Source: Enoplolaimus lenunculus
Taxonomy: Eukaryota
DNA: 20,847 bases
Direction: 5' to 3'
NCBI GenBank assembly: GCA_030248215.1
Contig: JASANG010000864.1
Coordinates: 496,001-516,847 of the forward strand
Shown here: one piece after another, positions 1 to 9,687 of the stretch
How positions within the stretch are numbered: the stretch's first letter is position 1
Layout of the letters: every line of letters starts with the position of its first letter
Translations under genes and position numbers: made by a program
Notes under the pieces: model-generated
Seen by the model: only the letters and a program-made list of their open reading frames with translations
What the model was told of the DNA's origin: nothing
Database searches by the model: none

Positions 1-12
1 CCGAATTTTATG

Positions 13-295
13 CACTGCAAAACATGGTGAGTCAAATTGACTCTCTCCGAAATAGGCTTTTCCTGACTACACAAACTGAGTCAAATTTCAACTCCGCCAG
101 AGTCAAATTCAATTCGCCGAGCAATTGAGTTAGTCGAATTTGACTCTGGAGGAGTCGAATATGGACTCAGTTTGTGTAGTAAGGAAAAGCCTAAATTGAA
201 TTTGACTCTGGCGGAGTTGAAATTTGACTCAGTTTGTGTAGTCAGGAAAAGCCTATTTTGGAGAGAGTCAATTTGATTCACCATTTTTTGCAGCG
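13..295. mobile_element. Long-TIR MITE, CMC/CACTA(EnSpm)-like (CACTG termini, 2-bp TSD)
   Basis: 13-114 (CACTGCAAAACATGGTGAGTCAAATTGACTCTCTCC...) is a near-perfect reverse complement of 194-295 (...CACCATTTTTTGCAGCG), giving ~102-bp TIRs. It is flanked by TG on both sides (11-12, 296-297). The interior 136-193 is a diverged tandem copy of part of the right TIR. Confidence 0.85.
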
Positions 296-339
296 TGAGA
301 GACTCGAAAAACACAATTTTACCGGCTGTAGAACAACTT

Positions 340-560
340 GCAAACGTCACCAATTTCGCTTCGTTTGTGACGCTCACGCGTAAACAGACGTGATTTATCC
401 TCAAACGTAATTCAAATCCAGTCTCTCTTCCTGATGACAAGACGAGCAGTTGGTAGTGGCAGGCGCCGAAAAAAACCAAAAAATATCGGATCTTGATTTA
501 GAATCAGCCAATCGTTAACGGTAGGGTCTATAAGGCAGTTTCTGAAGCTGAGAATAACGA
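340..560 (+). promoter_or_regulatory. Possible Pol II promoter-like motif cluster
   Basis: Non-repetitive, relatively CpG-rich stretch. It carries ACGTCA (344-349), GTAAACA (380-386), E2F-like GCGCCGAAA (463-471), NF-Y-type AGCCAATCG (506-514) and TATAAG (529-534). Motif matches only. Confidence 0.25.
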
Positions 561-841
561 ACACAATTTCGGGAGAACGGATACGCTCAACACCATTCTC
601 ATTACATCTGCCCTTGTTTGCAATAAGGCTATACACTGCGTGGGTCTTGATTTCATTGTTCGTTTGTCTTCTTTCAATTGGCGAATGTAAAGAACAGCGG
701 CCGAACAGTTTCAGGTCGTTCTCTTTGGTCGGGTTTCTACATTCGTACTTAAGTATGTATTATAGCGCGTTGGTGGTAAAATAACCCTGTATGCTGCGAT
801 GTCAATTGTATACAGGCAAAGAGTAATTAATTCGCATTTGA

Positions 842-1286
842 GGTCCATGCAGCGATCAGAGGCGGAACGTTTTTCTGCGGGACTGTAATAGAGTAAACTA
901 AAGGTTTTTAGCCTAATTTCTGTGATTAGGCTTAAGCCAACGCTTAGGCTTAGGTATAAGCTCATTGTTACCCCTAGGCTTAGGCTTAGGTATAAGCTCA
1001 TTGTTACCCCTAGGCTTAGGCTTAGGTATAAGCTCATTGTTACCCCTAGGCTTAGGTATAAGCTCATTGTTACCCCTAGGCTTAGGCATAAGCTCATTGT
1101 TACCCCTAGGCTTAGGCTTAGGTATAAGCTCCTTGTTACCCCAAGGTTTAGGCGTAGGTATAAGCTCATTGTTACCCCTAGGCTTAGGCGTAGCTATAAG
1201 CTCATTGTTACCCCTAGGCTTACGCTTAGGTATAACCTCATTGTTACCCCTAGGTTTAGGCTTAGGAATATGCTTATATTACTGTT
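842..1286 (+). mobile_element. TTAGGC-core MITE, copy 1 (right TIR truncated) with 9-unit minisatellite
   Basis: Left end GGTCCATGCAGCGATCAGAGGCGGAACG matches the 13543 copy. The CTCATTGTTACCCC motif occurs at 961, 997, 1033, 1063, 1093, 1129, 1165, 1201 and 1237 (spacing 30 or 36). The copy ends at the family 3' motif GGAATATGCTTATATTACTGTT. Confidence 0.9.
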
Positions 1287-1656
1287 GTATGGCTGTATTG
1301 ATATTTTCTTCACAGGAACCTACTTTTACAGCACAACCCAATATTCTATCGTTGTAACATTCTCATTATGGCACCAGATTTAAGAAACTGGCGAAAATTT
1401 ATGCATACTTTATAAATAAAAATTTTGACCCACCATGTAAAACTATGGGTCTGTTTAACTTGAGATAAACACATTCGTCCTTGCGGTGTCAACCCTAAAT
1501 TAAATTTAGAAATTTGAATTTGTTTTCAGTTTTATGCAAAATTGGCACGTATGCACACTTGTTAAACGTTTCCAAATGGTCATAAAAATTTCAAAATCAA
1601 TGACACAGCAGTTATTAATTGTGAGTCTGAATGATACTTTAGCTTTTAGACAAACT

Positions 1657-1966
1657 GGCCCATGTAAAAAGATCCAGGGTGGAACGGTTTTCTGTGGGAC
1701 TAGAAAAGAGTAAGTTTAAGCTTTAGAAGAATTTTTTTGCTTTGCTTAGGCTTAGGCTTAGGAATATACTCATTCTTACGCTTAGGCTTAGGCGTAGGCT
1801 TAGGAATATGCTCATTCTTACGCTTAGGCTTAGGCTTAAGAATATGCTCATTCTTAGGCTTAGGAATATGCGCATTCTTACGCTTAGGCTTAGGAATATG
1901 CTCATTCTTACGCTTAGGCTTAGGCTGAGGAATATGCTCATTCTTATGCTTAGGCTTAGGCTTAGA
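1657..1966 (+). mobile_element. TTAGGC-core MITE, copy 2 (right end missing) with 6-unit minisatellite
   Basis: Left end GGCCCATGTAAAAAGATCCAGGGTGGAACGG...GGGACTAGAAAAGAGTAAG. CTCATTCTTA-type units occur at 1769, 1811, 1847, 1871, 1901 and 1937 (spacing 42, 36, 24, 30, 36), separated by (GCTTAG)n. Confidence 0.9.
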
Positions 1967-2766
1967 ACTTCATTAAATTCTATCATTCTGTATATACCAG
2001 GCGAAAACTTGCCAGCTTAAAATTTTGCGATTGTTAGCTATGTAATTTAAGCTAGTTCGCGATAGTTGAGTTGCTTGAAAAAGTTTTTATCGTGGGTTTG
2101 ACATCCTGGCAATTTATACTTGAGGCCAAAACGTTTTCCGACGTAAAAATTTTTTAAGGACGACTTGAATACGAGTTTAACTTTTTCGAATCCACAGCTA
2201 CCGACCGTAAAGGCCGTCCAGCCTGTTAGAGGCGTCCCAAAAGTTTTTTGCCTAATTCCAGCCAGTTTGCACGTTGGGCCGGAATTTTTACAATGATTAA
2301 AAAAGGTTATGGGAATTTGAGCGTTTCTCATCCCACCCCCAACTCATTTGGCAACGGATAACTAAAATTTTAAAACCAAACCTAGTCACGCCGTATTTTG
2401 ACACCACATAGAAGAATATTTTAAGATTGGCATAATTTGCAACAAATCAATGCCCGATTAGCAGCAGTCCTATTTATGGTACCACGCTGATAACAGCGAT
2501 TCTAAAGCCAAAAGTTATACGCCATATTGACAACCTGCGCTACGATCGAGCGTATTTAATAATTATGCCGCGAAAATATTTATTCAGTACCAGTTGCGCT
2601 AGCTAATAAGCCAGCTTTTAACTGCGTGAATGTCGTTAAATCGATTAATCAATGCGGATAAATGTGGGGGTCTTTCTATATGCAAATGAGAAACGAACGA
2701 AGCTCACAATAGTTGTAAGGAAATAACATTCAGGGCATCTTTATAAACCAGTTTGGCTCGATTATG

Positions 2767-2791
2767 ATATATATATATATATATATATATA

Positions 2792-2842
<51 letters not shown>

Positions 2843-2850
2843 TAATATAA
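2767..2850. repeat. (TA)n microsatellite
   Basis: Nearly pure TA dinucleotide run. Confidence 0.95.
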
Positions 2851-3430
2851 TGCTTAAATCATTTGGTTTTAGTGATAAGCGATTCGAAAATTGGTTAAGA
2901 TAAATTGGAAGCCAGTTAATACCTAATATAAAGACTTCAGCAGATTTTCATGGCGGTGTAAGAAGCTACACTGCTATGAGAACGGAAATGGTGTAACTAT
3001 TAATGCAAATTGGAAGTTTTAAATATTTTAAAATACGGCACGAAGAACGCCGTAATTTTGCAAAAATTTTCAACTCAAACCTTTGTTTTCACATATATTT
3101 AATAATGGGCGGATTTTAATATTTTTAATAGAGTTGAAATTTGAAATACGCAGCTTTGTTATTGGTTCGTGTCCTGTGTCAAAATTGCAGCGGCGCAATA
3201 TCAAAAAAAGTTGTCATTCTATTTTATTTGATCTCTTAAACACTAGGAATGTATTCGTTTAAAAGATAATGGTTGGAACTGCATGCAACCTTAAATCAAA
3301 TATAAATGTAACTAAAATTCAACTACATTTTAACGCAGACCAATACCCGTTCATTCTGATATTCAAACATTTACCATATTTTGCCTGACCCAACACTTTT
3401 TTACCTTTAAGTTATCTTCAACTTTATTCT

Positions 3431-3498
3431 ATACATATATATTATATATATTATATATATTATATATATAATATATATTATATATATTTATATATATA
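3431..3498. repeat. Interrupted (TA)n microsatellite
   Basis: TA run with TTA interruptions. Confidence 0.9.
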
Positions 3499-4031
3499 CC
3501 AAAGCTAGATATTATCTTATGGTTTAATAGTTAGCTTTCAATCTAGTGCATTTAGTTCGATTTTTAAGTTAATTCTGCTAGCACGTAATTTTACACTTTC
3601 ATGCAGTCTGTTTCAGCGTCAAATCAAAAAGTGTTGAGTTTTCGATCGCAAAGACACAGTCTTTTGGCTGTTGAAGTAGAATTTTAGTCGCTTTTAAAAG
3701 CTTGGCGTTCAAGTTAAAATTATTAGTAGACGAAGCGAGAACATTTCTAGAAGGAGTCAGCCCAAATTTTTGGAACATAGAATTGTTTTAAAGATGCCGA
3801 AAGTATCTTTGGCCAGATGGCGAAGCAGGTCGTATAGCGGCAGTAGCTGGTTCGATGGCAACGCCTGGTATATGCAGCGATGCTTGGGAGACTTAGAAAT
3901 GGAGATTATTTGTGCCATCATCGAACCGCTAATGTTTCATTGATTTTAGCGTTAAAAAATGGACTAAATACAGAACCAAAATTGCTTTGTACTTTATCTT
4001 TGTAAGCTTGAAAGTTTTTGACGTCATTAAA

Positions 4032-4190
4032 GGTTACCTTGGCTTAGGTTATGTATTAGATTTTAGGCTTGGGATTAGGCTCACGCTTAGGCGTTCGCTT
4101 AGGGTTAGACTTAGGTTTAGGCTTAAGCTTAGGATTTATAGGCAAATGTTTAGGCGTATCCTGCGGCTTATATACTGCGTTTTAGGTTTC
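4032..4190 (+). repeat. Degenerate TTAGGN hexamer array
   Basis: Run such as TTAGGCTTGGGATTAGGCTCACGCTTAGGCGTTCGCTTAGGGTTAGACTTAGGTTTAGGCTTAAGCTTAGG. No GGCCCATG TIR seen nearby. Confidence 0.75.
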
Positions 4191-4265
4191 ACACCTTGAG
4201 CACTTGAAATCATTTTGAGGAAAACATTAATTGATTTCCTGTGGGGGGAAACTTTAATTAATATT

Positions 4266-4634
4266 GACTGTGTTGCTGAGACCCTACTTAAGTACAACTT
4301 AGTACTGTAGTACGCTCTAAACTATTTGTTAAACATTTTGTCGTTTTTGAAACCGTACTTAAGTTAAGAAGTAAATACTTAAGTCGCTGATTAAATTTGA
4401 CATATTACAGATTAACCTTTCAAGCACTCAAACCTTGGTCTAATTGAAATTGTAGACTCATCATGTCTGTTTAATATGAAGCAAAAGTATTACTCTCTGG
4501 TTACGACAATGGCTGCCATTTGACATTTATTTGGTTTTGGTTGAAAATTTAATTACTCGCTTAAGTCGGCGAGTTAAGTAATTATTTAAGTATAACTTAA
4601 GTAAATACTTAAGTATGGTTTCAGAAAAACAACC
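4266..4634. mobile_element. MITE with 3-bp ATT TSD, PIF/Harbinger (PHIS)-like
   Basis: Left end GACTGTGTTGCTGAGACCCTACTTAAGTA versus right end TACTTAAGTATGGTTTCAGAAAAACAACC forms an imperfect ~29-bp inverted repeat. ATT flanks both sides (4263-4265, 4635-4637). Many internal TACTTAAG/TTAAGTA motifs. Confidence 0.6.
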
Positions 4635-4952
4635 ATTATCTTAGACAGAAGAACTGCAATTGATACAAATACCTGAGACATATAATACGTGAAAAAAATT
4701 TCTACAATATTTTTGATATAGCAAAAAATTATTTTTGACATTTATTTGGTTTTGGTTGAAAATTTAATTACTCGCTTAAGTCGGCGAGTTAAGTAATTAG
4801 TTAAGTATAACTTAACTAAATACTTAAGTAAGGTTTCAGAATCCCAACCATTATCTTTAGACAGAAGAACTGTAATTGATACAAATACCTGAGACATATA
4901 ATACGTGAACAAAAATTGCTACAATATTTTTGATATAGCAAAAAAATTTATT
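4519..4952. repeat. Two-copy tandem duplication, ~215-bp unit
   Basis: 4519-4733 and 4734-~4952 are nearly identical (TTTGACATTTATTTGGTTTTGGTTG...GATATAGCAAAAAA). Confidence 0.95.
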
Positions 4953-5696
4953 AAACTTGCATTATTTTTAGAAATGTTCAAAAACGATACAAGTTTTCAA
5001 ACCATTTTTTACCTCTAAAATCAGCTAACATAGGCAAGCCGATCTATTTAACTTCAACTCTATCAAACTATCAATATAAAATAGAACTATAGAAAGTCTT
5101 CAAAACAACCAAACTAGAACGCGTGTGAGCCACAATTAAAATAGTTCGATTGTTTTTAAGTTTAATTACTAAAGCTTAAGAAAAGATGTGTTTGCAAACG
5201 CCGAAACCATAAACCAAAAGTGATACTTGAACAAGAAAGAGTTTTGTTTAACCGCTCTCAGAGGCGTAGTCAGCGTTGCATTTCGAATGGGTATAACTTC
5301 AATTTAGAAGATTCATTTAAGAGCCACAGCACAGGGGAGAATAACGTTTGTGACCTTTTCGATGTTACAGTATTCATTTTAGAGCCCATTTATTAGCTTA
5401 TTTTTTTATAAATCTCGAACCTGGGGTGTGAGCTCGACCCTCCCGCTGGTGGGCACACTTTTGGTTGAACATTTTAACAGACATCGTTCCTATAGATTGA
5501 TAACAAGTGACGGAACAATTTAAATTGGAAAACTAAAACTGTTTAGACTTAACTTTTCTATAAACATATATTTCAGAATCTATGGTAATTTTACCCGAAA
5601 GTGCAAATATATGAGCAGGGGCGTACAAAATTCAGTTCGAGATGGCATAAGGAACTTTAGGATTCTAGTGTGGGTATTATAAGGCCGGTTTAGCTA

Positions 5697-6114
5697 TTGT
5701 ACCGACCCGAACAAGAAGTGGGAGACTGATATTTATTTGGCCTCTTCAGAGGGCCCCCTGTTATTCGGTTACGGAGTGTTATTTATTTTAACCCATGCTC
5801 CGCTACCCTTTGGTACTGTTATATATTCGGTACTGCAAATATCGGTTGAATTAAACGTTTATTTGTCTTGTGTCAATAGCTTGAGCGATAATGCAAAGTA
5901 ATACTTGGAATGTACTTTAAAAATTTAAGTACGGTTTAAGGTTTCGAACTCAAATTATTTGGTCCTGAATTCATTTGTGCACTACAGTTAGATAATTGAC
6001 ATTTATGGACTCTAATTAAGGTTTATGGATTCTATCCGTTTTATGACTCTTATTAACATACGGACTGCTGGGACCCCCTGTTATTATCCCCCTCTTATTC
6101 AGGGGTCGATACAC
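5697..6114 (+). mobile_element. TA-TSD MITE (Tc1/mariner-like), diverged copy of the 18338 family
   Basis: TA|TTGTACCGACCCGAACAAG...CTCTTATTCAGGGGTCGATACAC|TA. Shares internal blocks (CTGATATTTATTTGGCCTCTTCA, AGCTTGAGCGATAATGCAA) with 18338-18719. Confidence 0.85.
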
Positions 6115-6768
6115 TATGTTTTCAATAATTTCTAGAAATTTTATAGAAGAGTATAATCCACCCTATCTTTCCTCTGCAGTCCTCGGTGTGCACCTTTATT
6201 GGGTTTCGCTTGTAATGCGTTTGCCATTGGAAGCCGTCATATAAACCTCTAAAAAGTATTTGAGCTTATTTCAGCAACGACTCAAACTTGTCAACTGGTT
6301 AATAGCCTAAATCTGAACAGAACCTATTTGTTTATGTAACAGAGTGCTGTTGAACTATTTAAATTGTATTTTTCAAGGTCAGTATATCTACTAGATTGTC
6401 TTAAGGCTGATATTATTTTTTCACTTTTTATATTTCAAAATTTTAAAATTGCCTTCACAAAGAATGTGACGAACAAACCGTAAAATATGTTCAGATATGG
6501 CTCTTATTTCAAACCGCTGGTCAGCATTAACCATATTTTTGAGGCATATGCCTTACCCACAACAAATGTTTAAGTCGGTAATTTACAATTTTTTCTGCTT
6601 CGTTTTACTTTTCGAATTCTTAAAATAAATTTCAAATTCATTTTAAAATATAAATCGCATATTTTAACATTTTTTACGTGAACGGGTGCATGCCTTTTGC
6701 GCTATACTCGCCTCGTGCCGCCGTACGCCGCTAAATAGATATTGCCTATATTTTTCTTAGCAACGCAT

Positions 6769-6885
6769 AGCGGTGCACAGTACAAAGTATAGCGAAACCC
6801 ACCGCCGGAGCAGCCCCCTCCCATAATCCCCAATTTGAGGGGTTCCCAAACCTAAAGGGGCCCCGCCCCTAAAGGGACCCCCATT
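6769..6885 (-). mobile_element. GC-rich MITE end fragment, related to 9026-9103
   Basis: Its reverse complement (TTTAGGGGCGGGGCCCC...CAAATTGGGG...GGGAGGGGGCTGCT) resembles 9026-9103 (TTTAGGGTGGGGCCCCCAAATGGGGG...GGGAGTGGCCGCT). Confidence 0.4.
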
Positions 6886-6986
6886 CTAACCGGTTGAAAC
6901 AGAAACCGCTCAAGTTTTAAAATGCGCTTATGTACTCCATTGCAACCTTCTAGCAGTATAAGATGGCTGTATTGATGTAATATTAA

Positions 6987-7248
6987 CCCCTTCACTCATC
7001 GAGTATACTATTAGCAACTAAATACAGTAATATACGAGCAATACACACACTGTGAGCAGTATTTAACATTTATAACATATATGCGCCGTGCAAAATCTCC
7101 ACAAGACGTGAGAGCCCACTCGGGCTCGAGCGTCGAGCTCCTATAGCTCAGTGTCATCGTAAACGCCTCACAAACGTGAGACTGGGGATCGAATCTTACC
7201 TTGAAATTACATCTCATATGAAATTGAAAATATTCATGTGAGAAAGGG
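6987..7248. mobile_element. piggyBac-like MITE (TTAA TSD, CCC...GGG termini)
   Basis: TTAA (6983-6986)|CCCCTTCACTCATCGAGTAT ... ATATTCATGTGAGAAAGGG|TTAA (7249-7252). Imperfect ~19-bp TIR and an internal palindrome GAGCCCACTCGGGCTC. Confidence 0.7.
7137..7206 (+). pseudogene. Degenerate tRNA-like (Val-CAC-like) sequence / SINE-type Pol III head
   Basis: A-box-like TAGCTCAGTGT (7144-7154) and B-box-like GGATCGAATCT (7186-7196) lie at tRNA spacing. Between them is an anticodon-arm-like AACGC-CTCACAA-ACGTG. The acceptor stem does not pair, so this is not a functional tRNA. Confidence 0.5.
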
Positions 7249-7530
7249 TTAATATATTTTACGCTTTTTTCGTTTACAATTAGCACTTTTCAACTGCAAT
7301 TTCTGTAAATGCTTGCTAAACGTTTATATACGTTTGATACAATTGTTTTGTCTCATCTGGCCTACGCCCTGCAGCTTTTGCAGTCACCTGCATGCATTTT
7401 AGTAAATCAGAAGTATATTCTTCGAAATTAGACAGTTTCACTAGAACTACCATTAGACTTATTGAATAGTCATCATTCACAATTGCACACCATTTTTACA
7501 CGCTAAAATGCGGAAATCCAATTTTAGCAA

Positions 7531-7699
7531 AAGGCCTGTAGCCAGCTCACCTTGCTTCGGGTGGGCTAGCAAATTTTTCACGAGGGGCATTCAAGGGTTT
7601 TCAATGAGTTACAAGCCAGGTTGGAAATTTTCTAGGGGGGGCCAAAAATTTTTCAGGACAAGCTGAGCCACCCCCGTGCCCCCCTTGGCAACGGGCCCG
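7531..7699 (+). mobile_element. hAT-like MITE (family shared with 20532-20685)
   Basis: Ends AAGGCCTGTAGCCA...TGGCAACGGGCCCG. 8-bp flanks TTTAGCAA / GTTAGCAC match at 6/8. Colinear with 20532-20685. Confidence 0.8.
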
Positions 7700-7769
7700 G
7701 TTAGCACTCGCACAAGAACACGGGTGTTGCTTAGATTTCAATTCGGTAGGGGATAGCATAAATGTGTTC

Positions 7770-8183
7770 TTTGCGACCGAGCGTAGCGAGTGAGACAATT
7801 TGTTTGACGTGTGCCAGTTAATACTCTACCGGCCTGTGAAAGTACCTTTGTTTCGAGACGTTCCAGAAAATTCCAACGGACGTTTGACCTATCACCCTTT
7901 CATATACGTCTGGGTGCCTAAAACTGGCACAACCTGTTGCAAACATATAAGGCCGTGGGTCGGCATTTAGTTGTCCACATGGGAGGCGTTGAAATATCTG
8001 AAAAACTTTGCCATAAATTGTTTTAAATGGACGCATAAAACTTTTTACAATCACTTTGTAGCAAACCTGTTAAGTGCCACTCTCGGGCACAAATAGCGAA
8101 TCATTCAATGGGGGGTGGGTGACAGGGTTCTGGGAGAGATGATACGCCTACGACCGCAAAAAAAAAACAAAACATATTTAGTT
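7770..8183 (+). mobile_element. Possible Helentron-associated (HINE/DINE-1-like) non-autonomous element
   Basis: Starts in a T-run with TTTGCGACCGAGCGTAGCGAG. An inverted subterminal match CGACCGCAAA (8/10) lies at 8151-8160, and the segment ends about 20 bp later in TTAGTT. No TSD and no clear 3' hairpin. Confidence 0.35.
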
Positions 8184-8443
8184 TCGTCAACGTCCTGCGC
8201 TGCCGTAATTGTGGACGATCGTTGTGTAAATTTGGACCCAACATATCGGTCTCAAATAAGTTCAAAATAGATTAGAACTAAAATTTAGCAATCGATTTCT
8301 CAAATTCTGGTTCTGTCTCAAAAAAGTTGGTAAATTTTCAAAATTTTATTTCCACAACCCCTTGATTTGGAATTTAAACTTAATGTGTTACTCCCCTCGT
8401 CATGTGGTCAATTTAAACTTCGGTTCCGTATCACAACGATAGA

Positions 8444-8619
8444 CCACAATGTACAAAACAGGGCCGTTACCGTAGTATACGCTTATTCCGAAGCTTAAGC
8501 CAAAAAAGTGAGCATATACCTAACCCCTAAATCGAAGCAAAAAAATTAATCTAAATCTTAAGCTTACTCTATTGCAGTCGAGCAGAAAAACGGTTCCGTC
8601 TCTGATCTTGAAATGCGGG
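8444..8619 (-). mobile_element. TTAGGC-core MITE, degenerate short copy 3
   Basis: ATGTACAAAACAGGGCCG...GTAGTATACGCTTATTCCGAAGCTTAAGCC...AAGCTTACTCTATTGCAGTC...AGAAAAACGGTTCCGTCTCTGATC is colinear with the reverse complement of 13543-13750. Confidence 0.8.
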
Positions 8620-9025
8620 TTGAAAGATAAAACTTACGATCCAACCTGTTGCCGTCGTCGGGTACTATTTTTGCTCAAATTGTAATGCTTTCGCTAAACA
8701 AAAGCAAAAGTCACAAGCCATAACTCTTCGTTAAACTATCCCGTAAAGGCCCATTTAAAATCGTTGCGAGTAACACCGGAGTCGTAGTTTAGTTGACTTG
8801 TGGCGATCTAAAACTGGTTGCGGTGTAACAAATTTAGGCAAACCGTTGAAGGCTGAAAGCAAAGAAATATATTACAAGAAGATGAGATTAAATTGATTTC
8901 GATTGAGTTGAAAGCTTTGGCCAGTTTTTTTTCATCGGAACAGCTACGATTTGATCGGTTTTGTCGAAGTTTGTTAGGTTTGGAGCCAGATACATTTTAA
9001 AACATCGGCGGTTTTTGTTTCAACA

Positions 9026-9103
9026 ATTTAGGGTGGGGCCCCCCAAATGGGGGTGGGGGGAGTGGCCGCTTTGGCCCTGGGCTAGCAAACATGCAGCGCA
9101 CTG
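9026..9103 (+). mobile_element. GC-rich MITE end fragment, related to 6769-6885
   Basis: G-tract-rich segment ending GCAGCGCACTG, similar to the reverse complement of 6769-6885. Confidence 0.35.
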
Positions 9104-9220
9104 CATATTCCATGTGCACGTAATGGACTAGCATGTCTCACACGCTTACAACACAAATGTTTCAGTTTAAACGTAAGAGTCATCTTCAACTTGACGTATT
9201 GCTGTTGGAAGATTGGTCAG

Positions 9221-9343
<123 letters not shown>

Positions 9344-9687
9344 CCAAGTCGAATTTAGTTAAAAATAGTAGTTGATACAACGCAAACTACAATATCCGGT
9401 GTAGTTATAGCAAACCAAACGGTAGGGGTGTGGCAGATGGTTTCGACTGCAAAATTTTCAAACTCAAAATTTAGCGAAAAACAGTTAAATTGTATCAATC
9501 TTTAATATACATAATTAATAGTTTTATTTTAAATTGAAAACGCACATGCGTTATTGATTTGTTGTCAAATTACAGTCTTTCTATTAACTCTATACATTTC
9601 GCTAGTAGAGTTGCCAGAACTAAAAAAATATTAGAAAAAATGTGGCTAAATTTACTCGAGTGGTATCAATTAAAGTTTCTTGTTATT

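Noticed and set aside
81..636. 132-aa and 74-aa minus-strand ORFs
   Set aside because: The first runs through the inverted-repeat MITE. Neither resembles a known protein, and both rely on non-ATG starts.
940..1270. CRISPR-like regular ~36-bp repeat array
   Set aside because: No unique spacers, as the intervening sequence is just (GCTTAG)n. No cas genes, and the context is eukaryotic.
1289..1302. ATGGCTGTATTGAT also present at 6963-6976
   Set aside because: Only 14 bp with no extension, so it cannot be distinguished from chance or a tiny repeat remnant.
711..2020. Overlapping ORFs rich in LGLG, LRLR and LSLS
   Set aside because: These are direct translations of TTAGGC hexamers, which lack stops in two frames per strand. 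They lie inside MITE cores and are open on both strands.
5259..5463. CAGAGGCGTAGTC-started hAT-like MITE
   Set aside because: The right TIR is very degenerate and there is no TSD. It is plausible but not supportable.
5616..6733. CAGGGGCGTAC ... GTACGCCGCTA as TIRs of a 1.1-kb hAT-like element containing a nested MITE
   Set aside because: The 8-bp flanks do not match (TATATGAG vs AATAGATA), so the ends may belong to different decayed elements.
7137..7206. Functional tRNA-Val gene
   Set aside because: The acceptor stem is unpaired, the T and anticodon stems are mismatched, and the B box is altered. Kept only as a tRNA-derived relic.
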